Both the position numbers and the translations under genes were made by a program. From Rhodobiaceae bacterium UBA7804 (GTDB taxonomy: Bacteria; Pseudomonadota; Alphaproteobacteria; Parvibaculales; Parvibaculaceae), in assembly GCA_002480495.1 (NCBI GenBank), contig DLCG01000008.1:88036-152035 (forward strand): a stretch of DNA of 64,000 bases, given 5' to 3'. This document shows positions 57,112 through 64,000 of this stretch, one piece after another (position 1 is the first letter of the stretch; the number at the start of each line of letters is the position of its first letter). The notes beneath the pieces were generated by a model. It was not told the DNA's origin. It searched no databases and was given only the letters and a program-made list of their open reading frames with translations.

Positions 57112-59217
57112 TCAGCCTGCGGCGGCAGAGCCGAGGGACGCGGGGGCGAGAATGCGTTCGGGCGGGAGCGTGACGACGACCATTGTGCCGCGGCCGGGCT
57201 CGCTCTCGATTTCGAAGCGGCCGCCATGCTGCTTCGTCAGTTCCTGCACGATGGGCAGGCCGAGGCCGAGGCCGCCATATTTGCGGCAGAACTGGTTTTC
57301 GAGCTGGCCGAAGCGGGCGAGCGCCTTGGGAATGTCCGCCGCGGCAATGCCGATGCCCGTGTCCGAGACGGCGATGACATAGCCCCTCGCATCCGCCGAG
57401 AGGGACACGGTGACGGTACCGCCCTCGACATTGAACTTGATGGCGTTGCCGGCGAGGTTGGTCAGGATCTGCCGGATCTTGCGCTCGTCGGCGATGACGG
57501 CGGGGAGCGCGGACGGCACGTCGAGGCGGCAGGCGACGCCCGCCTCCTCCGCCTTCAACCTCACCGTATCGAGCACGCGGGCGGCGATTTCCTCGATCCG
57601 GACTTCCTCCTCGTAGAGCGCGTCCGTGCCGGCCTCGACGCGCGAGATGTCGAGAATATCGCTGACGAGATCGAGAAGATGGCTGCCGCTGTCGTTGATG
57701 TCCTTCGCATAGTCCGCATATATCCCGTTGCCGAGCGGACCGAACAATTGCAGCTTCATCGCCTCGGAAAAGCCGATGATGGCGTTCAAGGGCGTCCTGA
57801 GTTCGTGGCTCATGGTGGCGAGGAATTCGGACTTGGCCTGCGAGGCCTCCTCGGCGAGAAGGAGTGCGCGCGACAGATCGGCGGCGCGGGCTTCCAGCGC
57901 CTCGTGGCTTTCGAGGAGATTGCGGTGGAGCGCATCGCGCTCGCGTTCGACGCGGCGGTAATTCAGCACGAAGGCGCGAATATGAAGCGTGGTGACGAAG
58001 ATCACGAGCAGGTTCGACAGCTCCATCGAACTGCCGATGACCTTCATGCTCGAAAGCATCTCATAGACCAGATAGGCCAGCGCGGCGAGAAGCACGGCGA
58101 GCACATCGCCGCGCGGCGCCTTCTCGACAATCAGGGCACGGAGGATCGTGCCGCCGACGGACAAGGCAATGAGCGCCCAGAGCGCCTGGAAGGGCTCGCG
58201 CAGAAGCGTGATCGTGCCCGGCGCCATGAAGGGCGCGACGAAAAGCGCGAAGCCGCAGAAGAGCGCGGAGACGGCATAGATCAGCTTGTCGATCCAGAGG
58301 ACGCGGCCATCGCGGAAGAGATAGTTGATGAAGGCGTAATAGGCGGGCGCGATGAGAAAGAGGGAGAGATATTCGAGGTCGTATTTCCGCGCTTCGGGAA
58401 AATCGGGCAGATAGTCCCAGATGAGATTGCTGACGAGGAAGACGCGGAGCGCGGAGGCGGCGGACAGCGCGGCGAAGATGATGTGCCCGCCGGGATGATC
58501 CGTGGAACGGCCGACCGCCAGCGCGGCGACGGCGACGAGAAAGAGGACCAGCGCCAGGGCCGTGGGCAGCGCGCTGGCGCGACGCTCCATCGACTCCATT
58601 TCCTGCAGATAGCCGATGGAGGGCACATCGACGATGCCGCCCTGCTTGTGGACATGGTTCGCGAGCTGGACGACGAGACGCAACTCGCGCAGATCGTGCG
58701 GCAGGGGGATGATGGGCGCCGTCGGGTTGACGGCGGTGATGTTCGCGGCGGCGGCGGGATCGCCATTCTGGTGGAGGAGCACCGCCTGCACATCCTCCGG
58801 GCCGGAGGAGACGGCATGGATCGCATAGATGGAGCGCGTGGTGCCCATCGAGAGGGCGAGGAATTGCGGCGTGGCCGGAAGCACGAGATCGAGGCAATAG
58901 GTGGCGGCGCCGTGGCCGGTGGTGACGTCCGTGGTGAGGGCCGGGCCCCAGATGTCCGGGAGGGAGATGCGCTCGCCCGCGACGCGCCCATCGGGAAGCA
59001 TGCAGGAGGCTGCGAAATCGGAGGGCGGCAGGAGCGCATCGCGATAGACGGTCCAGCCGTTCTTCAGCGCGAGGCGGCCTTCCCGCGCGAACTCGACCGC
59101 GGCCGCGCCCCGGCCCGCATCGCGGGACGCGGCAGGGCCCGCGGCGGCAATGACCGCCACGCCAAGAAGGAACAGGACGAAGGTCCCCCTCCAATGTCCA
59201 GGCGCAGTCCGAAACAT
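57112..59217 (-). CDS. Sensor histidine kinase with N-terminal periplasmic domain and multi-TM block (7TMR-DISM-like architecture)
   Basis: Signal/anchor at the N-terminus, a ~200-aa extracytoplasmic region, then about 7 hydrophobic helices, then H-box MSHELRTPLNAIIGFSE and DTGIGI / GLGLGLPIV. The 7TMR-DISM label is inferred from layout only. Confidence 0.8.
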   Translation of the reverse strand: MFRTAPGHWRGTFVLFLLGVAVIAAAGPAASRDAGRGAAAVEFAREGRLALKNGWTVYRDALLPPSDFAASCMLPDGRVAGERISLPDIWGPALTTDVTTGHGAATYCLDLVLPATPQFLALSMGTTRSIYAIHAVSSGPEDVQAVLLHQNGDPAAAANITAVNPTAPIIPLPHDLRELRLVVQLANHVHKQGGIVDVPSIGYLQEMESMERRASALPTALALVLFLVAVAALAVGRSTDHPGGHIIFAALSAASALRVFLVSNLIWDYLPDFPEARKYDLEYLSLFLIAPAYYAFINYLFRDGRVLWIDKLIYAVSALFCGFALFVAPFMAPGTITLLREPFQALWALIALSVGGTILRALIVEKAPRGDVLAVLLAALAYLVYEMLSSMKVIGSSMELSNLLVIFVTTLHIRAFVLNYRRVERERDALHRNLLESHEALEARAADLSRALLLAEEASQAKSEFLATMSHELRTPLNAIIGFSEAMKLQLFGPLGNGIYADYAKDINDSGSHLLDLVSDILDISRVEAGTDALYEEEVRIEEIAARVLDTVRLKAEEAGVACRLDVPSALPAVIADERKIRQILTNLAGNAIKFNVEGGTVTVSLSADARGYVIAVSDTGIGIAAADIPKALARFGQLENQFCRKYGGLGLGLPIVQELTKQHGGRFEIESEPGRGTMVVVTLPPERILAPASLGSAAAG

Positions 59218-59444
59218 GCAGCTCTCTCCCGACCTGCCTCAAATATCGGAACAAAACCTTAAGGAGTTCTCTAGGACCGGCGGGCGGAGGGTGACGGCGC
59301 ATACGCAATTTCGCCGTATTAACTCTTTAATCCGGCTCAACTTTCCCTTCATGGGCGATCCGCTATGATCGCTCGCGAGCCCGAGAAACCATCCCGAACA
59401 AGCGGCCCGGAGGGCCAGGCGCCCTGCCCGATACGTCGAGACCC

Positions 59445-60632
59445 ATGACATCCGAAAGCACGGCCGAAAAGGCAGCGGGCGCGATCCTCACCGTCGATCT
59501 CGGCGCGCTGGCGGCGAATTACGCGCTGCTGTGCGAGAAGGCGGCCGGGGCGGAGGTTTCCGCCGTGGTGAAGGCGGATGCCTATGGGCTGGGGCTCGGG
59601 CCGGTCGCGGAGCGGCTCTGGATGGAGGGCTGCCGGACTTTCTTCGTGGCGGACGTGAACGAGGGCAAGGCGCTGAGGGCCGTGCTGCCGGAGGCCGTCA
59701 TCTATGTGTTGAACGGCATCTTTCCCGGTACGGCGGGGCTTTACGCGGCGGCGGGGCTCAGGCCCGTGATCGCCTCGCTTGCCGAACTCGCCGAATGGCG
59801 GGAGGCGGGCGCCCCCCTGCCCGCGGCACTTCATTTCGATACCGGCATGAACCGGCTCGGCATGAGCGCCGCCGATGCCGACGCCATCGCGCAGGACGAG
59901 ACGCTGACCAGGGGCATCGAGGTCTCGCTCGTGATGAGCCATCTTGCCTGCTCGGATGACGAGGGCCACCCGAGGAACGCGCTGCAGCTCGCGCGGTTCA
60001 GCGGGATATGGGAGCGGCTGCGCCCGCGCTTCCCCGGCGCCGTGGCGAGCCTCGCCAATTCGGGCGGCATATGGCTCGGGGCGGACTATCACTTCGGGCT
60101 CGTTCGCCCCGGCGTCAGCCTCTACGGCGGCAACCCCTTCACGGGCAAGGAGAACCCCTTCCGGCCCGTCGTGCGGGCGGAGGCGCGGGTGATCGCGCTG
60201 CGCGAGGTGGAGCCCGGCGAGACGGTCGGCTACAGCGCGACCTGGAGTGCTCCCGGGGAAGGCGACAGCGGGCGCAAGCGCGTGGCGATTCTCGGCGCGG
60301 GCTATGCGGATGGCTATTTCCGCGCGCTCTCCTCCACCGGCAACCCCGAATCGGGCGGCGTGGTGCATATTGGGGGCCGGGCCTGCCCCATCGCGGGCCG
60401 CGTCTCCATGGACATGGTGGCGGTCGATGTGAGCCAGGTGCCGGAAGGCGCGGTGACGCGCGGCGACATGGCGGAACTGATCGGCCCCAACATCACGGTG
60501 GACGATGTGGGCCTCCGGGCGGGCACGCTCGGCTATGAAATTCTGACGGCACTGGGCAGGCGCTACATGCGACGCTACATTGCCGGGCCCGAAAGGGACG
60601 CAGTGGAAAAGGAAGGCAGGGGGCAGGCTTGA
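59445..60632 (+). CDS. alr: Alanine racemase
   Basis: PLP-lysine motif AVVKADAYGLG is present, with SHLACSD and MDMVAVDV. Confidence 0.9.
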   Translation: MTSESTAEKAAGAILTVDLGALAANYALLCEKAAGAEVSAVVKADAYGLGLGPVAERLWMEGCRTFFVADVNEGKALRAVLPEAVIYVLNGIFPGTAGLYAAAGLRPVIASLAELAEWREAGAPLPAALHFDTGMNRLGMSAADADAIAQDETLTRGIEVSLVMSHLACSDDEGHPRNALQLARFSGIWERLRPRFPGAVASLANSGGIWLGADYHFGLVRPGVSLYGGNPFTGKENPFRPVVRAEARVIALREVEPGETVGYSATWSAPGEGDSGRKRVAILGAGYADGYFRALSSTGNPESGGVVHIGGRACPIAGRVSMDMVAVDVSQVPEGAVTRGDMAELIGPNITVDDVGLRAGTLGYEILTALGRRYMRRYIAGPERDAVEKEGRGQA

Positions 60633-61402
60633 ACGTCTTCGCGATCATCGGGCGGGTGGTGCTGGCCACGCTCGCCGAAATCGGCGCGCTGACGCGCTTC
60701 ATCTGGCTCTCGGTGAGCCATATCTTCCGGCCGCCCTTCTTCTGGCGGCTTACCGCGCAGCAGATGCTCAGGATCGGCTATTTCTCGCTGCCGGTGGTGG
60801 CGCTCACCGCCTTCTTCACCGGCGGCGCGCTGGCCTTGCAGATCTATTACGGCGGCAACTCGCTCAACTCGGAATCGATCGTCGCGACCATCGTCGCGCT
60901 CGGCATCACGCGCGAACTCGGCCCCGTGCTCGGCGGGCTGATGGTGGCGGGGCGCGTGTCGGCGGCAATCGCGGCGGAGCTCGGCACGATGCGCGTGACC
61001 GAACAGATCGACGCGCTGACGACGCTTTCGACCAACCCGCACAAATATCTCGTCGTGCCGCGCGTGGTCGCGGCTGTCATCACGCTCCCTGCCCTCGTCT
61101 TCGTCGCCGACATCATCGGCATCATGGGCGGCTTCGTGGTCTCCACCGGGTCGCTCGATTTCAATGCCGGCGTCTACATCAAGAACACGGCGGACTTCCT
61201 GAAATTCGACGACGTGATGTCGGGCCTGACCAAGGCGGCGGTGTTCGGCTTCATCATCGCCATCATGGGCTGCTTCCACGGCTTCAACTCGAAGGGCGGC
61301 GCGCAAGGCGTGGGCCGCGCGACGACGAACGCCGTGGTGACCGCCTCGATCCTCATCCTCGCGGCGAACTACGTGATGACGTCGCTGCTGTTTGCGAATT
61401 GA
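60629..61402 (+). CDS. mlaE: MlaE-family ABC transporter permease
   Basis: 257-aa polytopic protein with ITRELGPVL and EQIDAL motifs. The TTG start overlaps the alr stop. An ABC ATPase gene follows. Confidence 0.8.
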   Translation: MNVFAIIGRVVLATLAEIGALTRFIWLSVSHIFRPPFFWRLTAQQMLRIGYFSLPVVALTAFFTGGALALQIYYGGNSLNSESIVATIVALGITRELGPVLGGLMVAGRVSAAIAAELGTMRVTEQIDALTTLSTNPHKYLVVPRVVAAVITLPALVFVADIIGIMGGFVVSTGSLDFNAGVYIKNTADFLKFDDVMSGLTKAAVFGFIIAIMGCFHGFNSKGGAQGVGRATTNAVVTASILILAANYVMTSLLFAN

Positions 61403-61410
61403 GGCCGGAT

Positions 61411-62184
61411 ATGAGCGAAGCGAAGATCGAACTCAGGAACGTCCACAAGCGCTTCGGAAGCAAGGTGGTGCTGGACGGCATCAACCTCACCGTGCCGAAG
61501 GGCGAGTCGCTCGTCGTGATCGGCGGATCGGGCACCGGCAAGTCGGTGATGATCAAATGCGTGCTCGGCATCATCCGTCCCGACAGCGGCGAGATCTTCG
61601 TCGACGGCAAGAACGTGCTGAAGATGGATACGGGCGAGCGCGAGAAGGTGTTGCGCAAGTTCGGCATGCTCTTCCAGGGCGCGGCGCTCTTCGACAGCCT
61701 GCCCGTCTGGGAGAATGTCGCCTTCGGGCTCATCCAGGGCCGCAAGATGAAGCGCAAACAGGCGAAGGACATCGCCATCGAGAAGCTCGCCAAGGTGGGG
61801 CTCGCGGCGGAGGTGGGCGAACTCTATCCCGCCGAGCTTTCGGGCGGCATGCAGAAGCGCGTGGGCCTTGCGCGCGCGATCGCGGCTGACCCGGAGATCA
61901 TCTTCTTCGACGAACCGACGACGGGCCTCGACCCGATCATGGCGGACGTGATCAACGACCTCATCGTGGACAGCGTGAAGGATCTCGGCGCGACGACGCT
62001 TTCGATCACGCATGACATGGCGAGCGTGCGCAAGATCGCCGACAAGGTGGCGATGATCCACAAGGGCAAGATCATCTGGGCGGGCAGCCGCGCGGAAGTG
62101 GACAATAGCGGCAACGAGTATGTCGACCAGTTCATCCACGGACGCGCGGAAGGGCCGATCCAGATGGAAGTGCTGAAGCCGTAG
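61411..62184 (+). CDS. mlaF: MlaF-like ABC transporter ATP-binding protein
   Basis: Walker A GGSGTGKSV, signature LSGGMQKRV and Walker B IIFFDEPTTGLD are present. The start was set at the ATG at 61411 within the longer track ORF. Confidence 0.85.
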   Translation: MSEAKIELRNVHKRFGSKVVLDGINLTVPKGESLVVIGGSGTGKSVMIKCVLGIIRPDSGEIFVDGKNVLKMDTGEREKVLRKFGMLFQGAALFDSLPVWENVAFGLIQGRKMKRKQAKDIAIEKLAKVGLAAEVGELYPAELSGGMQKRVGLARAIAADPEIIFFDEPTTGLDPIMADVINDLIVDSVKDLGATTLSITHDMASVRKIADKVAMIHKGKIIWAGSRAEVDNSGNEYVDQFIHGRAEGPIQMEVLKP

Positions 62185-62202
62185 GTTTCAACTTTCGCAA
62201 CC

Positions 62203-62304
62203 GTCATTGCGAGCGACCGCAAGGGAGCGAAGCAATCCAGGAGCCACGGGCTCAGCGTTTGCGGCCCCTGGATTGCTTCGTCGGCTTCGCCTCCTCGCAA
62301 TGAC
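62203..62304. repeat. MITE-like element with nested inverted repeats (GTCATTGCGAG...CTCGCAATGAC)
   Basis: Outer arms are gtcattgcgag (62203-62213) and ctcgcaatgac (62294-62304). Inner arms are cgaagcaatccagg (62228-62241) and cctggattgcttcg (62267-62280). The element is non-coding, between mlaF and radA. Confidence 0.75.
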
Positions 62305-62331
62305 GCATTTTTGAAAGGCAAACACGACACA

Positions 62332-63750
62332 ATGGCCCGCCAATCCCGCACATTCGTCTGCCAGTCCTGCGGCGCGGTGACACCGCGTTGGGCGGGGCGC
62401 TGCGAGAGCTGCGGCGAGTGGAACACCATCGTCGAGGAAGCAGGCGCGGCCGGCGGCGTGGGCGCGGGACCGGCGGCAAAATCGCTGCAGGGCAAGGGCC
62501 GCCGGATCGAGCTCGTGGAGATGAGCGGCGAGAGCGCGGAGCCGCCGCGCTATGTGACGGGGGTCGGCGAGTTCGACCGCGTGACGGGCGGCGGGCTGGT
62601 GCCCGGCTCGGCGGTTCTCGTGGGCGGCGATCCGGGCATCGGCAAATCGACGCTGCTCCTGCAGGCGATGGCGGCGCTCGCGAACAAGGGGCATTCGGTC
62701 GTCTATGTCTCGGGCGAAGAAGCGATCGCGCAAGTGAGAATGCGGGCGCGCAGGCTTGGCCTCGCGGAGGCGCCAGTGCAGCTTGGCGCGGAGACGAACC
62801 TCAAGGACATCATCGGCACGCTGGAAGGCCAAAAGGCGCCGGACGCCGTCGTCATCGACTCGATCCAGACCATGTGGGCGGATAATCTCGACAGCGCGCC
62901 CGGCACGGTCAGCCAGGTGCGGGCCTCGGCGCAGGAGCTGGTGCGCTTCGCCAAGAAGAACAACACGGCGATCATTCTCGTCGGTCATGTGACCAAGGAA
63001 GGCCAGATCGCGGGGCCGCGCGTCGTCGAGCACATGGTGGATGCGGTCATCTATTTCGAAGGCGAACGCGGACACCAATTCCGCGTGCTTCGCGCGGTGA
63101 AAAACCGCTTCGGCCCGGCGAACGAGATCGGCGTCTTCGAGATGGGCGAGATGGGACTGGCGGAAGTGCCGAACCCCTCCGCCCTCTTCCTCGGGGAGCG
63201 CGACGGGGGCACGAGCGGTTCCGCCGTCTTCGCAGGGATCGAGGGGACGCGGCCGGTGCTCGTCGAAATTCAGGCGCTGACCGCGCAGAGCCCGCTCGGC
63301 ACACCGCGGCGCGCGGTCGTCGGCTGGGACAGCGGACGGCTCTCCATGGTGCTGGCGGTGCTGGAAGCGCGCTGCGGGCTCTCGCTCGCGGGCCAGGACG
63401 TTTACCTTAACGTCGCGGGTGGCCTGCGAATCAACGAGCCCGCCGCCGACCTCGCGGTGGCCGCAGCGCTCATTTCCTCCATCACCGGGACACCGCTTCC
63501 AAGCGATACCGTGATCTTCGGCGAAATCAGCCTTTCAGGGGCGGTCAGGCCCGTCAGCCAGATGGATGCGCGGCTGAAAGAGGCGGAAAAACTGGGTTTC
63601 GCGCGGGCAATCCTGCCCGCGGGCGCGGGCAAGAGCCGCAGCGGAACCGGGCTCAAATTCACGGAAATTTCGGACCTTGCGGGTCTCATTGCCCATCTGG
63701 CAGCGGCGGGACAAAAGGGCTCGAACGGACGCCGCTCAGGGGATATGTGA
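62332..63750 (+). CDS. radA: DNA repair protein RadA
   Basis: Zn-ribbon FVCQSCGAVTPRWAGRCESCGEWNT, Walker A GGDPGIGKSTLL, KNRFG and a Lon-like C-terminus are present. The start was set at the ATG at 62332. Confidence 0.95.
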   Translation: MARQSRTFVCQSCGAVTPRWAGRCESCGEWNTIVEEAGAAGGVGAGPAAKSLQGKGRRIELVEMSGESAEPPRYVTGVGEFDRVTGGGLVPGSAVLVGGDPGIGKSTLLLQAMAALANKGHSVVYVSGEEAIAQVRMRARRLGLAEAPVQLGAETNLKDIIGTLEGQKAPDAVVIDSIQTMWADNLDSAPGTVSQVRASAQELVRFAKKNNTAIILVGHVTKEGQIAGPRVVEHMVDAVIYFEGERGHQFRVLRAVKNRFGPANEIGVFEMGEMGLAEVPNPSALFLGERDGGTSGSAVFAGIEGTRPVLVEIQALTAQSPLGTPRRAVVGWDSGRLSMVLAVLEARCGLSLAGQDVYLNVAGGLRINEPAADLAVAAALISSITGTPLPSDTVIFGEISLSGAVRPVSQMDARLKEAEKLGFARAILPAGAGKSRSGTGLKFTEISDLAGLIAHLAAAGQKGSNGRRSGDM

Positions 63751-63781
63751 TAGACTTGAACTAGGCTTCCGGGAGAGTGAT

Positions 63782-64000
63782 TTGACGCTGTTCGACATCA
63801 TCGTCATTGGCGTGCTGCTGGTATCGAGCGTGCTGGCGCTGCTCAGGGGCTTCACCAACGAAGTGCTGTCGATCCTCGCCTGGGTGGTGGGCGCCCTTGC
63901 AGCGCTCTGGCTCTTTCCCTATCTGACGCCTGTGTTGCGCGGCGCGATATCGCCGCCCTGGCTTGCGGCCGTCATCGCCGCGGTCGGCATTTTCATCGTT
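63782..64000 (+). CDS. cvpA: CvpA family membrane protein, N-terminal fragment (3' end outside the window)
   Basis: An open frame runs from TTG at 63782 to the window end: LTLFDIIVIGVLLVSSVLALLRGFTNEVLSILAWVVGALAA. This matches the typical CvpA N-terminus and the radA-cvpA synteny. The ORF is not in the supplied track. Confidence 0.7.
   Translation, partial: MTLFDIIVIGVLLVSSVLALLRGFTNEVLSILAWVVGALAALWLFPYLTPVLRGAISPPWLAAVIAAVGIFIV

Noticed and set aside
1-64000. CRISPR arrays, rRNA or tRNA genes, and long tandem repeats.
   Set aside because: No regularly spaced direct repeats, no tRNA-like cloverleaf candidates and no rRNA-like segments were noticed in any intergenic gap. All gaps longer than 150 bp were inspected.

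Overview
High-GC chromosomal segment with alphaproteobacterial gene content and a gene order typical of Hyphomicrobiales/Rhizobiales. All calls come from motif recognition and gene order only; no searches were run. About 58 CDS are supportable and almost all are core housekeeping genes. They include the nrdJ 3' end, aspS, rnd, ppx-ppk1, hdaA, purMN, ndk, an ABC-F ATPase, holC-pepA and lptFG-lptD-surA-pdxA-rsmA. They also include gmk-yicC-mltG, fabF-acpP-fabG-fabD, rpsF-rpsR-rplI, dnaB, alr, mlaEF, radA and the cvpA 5' end. No rRNA, tRNA, CRISPR array, integrase or transposase was seen. Many long ORFs in the six-frame track are shadow ORFs antisense to real genes, which is a high-GC artefact. 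Two blocks are compositionally and functionally accessory. (1) 32.56-42.45 kb is a ten-gene CDP-hexose modification cluster. It encodes a cytidylyltransferase, a 4,6-dehydratase, a 3,5-epimerase-like cupin, a C-methyltransferase, two further methyltransferases, a DegT aminotransferase, a GT2 and an ATP-grasp enzyme. It also encodes an unusual fusion of a dual-specificity-phosphatase-like domain to an RmlD-like SDR domain. The cluster has no export or polymerisation genes. (2) 53.68-55.3 kb is a sharply AT-richer two-gene insertion directly after dnaB, encoding an N-terminal HNH nuclease with an orphan C-terminal region plus a DUF2971-like protein. It is bordered by REP-like palindromes. This is my best candidate for an undescribed system, possibly an anti-phage or abortive-infection module. 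Smaller signals are a DnaA-box cluster in front of dnaB, dispersed GTCAT-type palindromic repeats, a nested-inverted-repeat MITE-like element before radA, and an oversized convergent spacer at 275-789.
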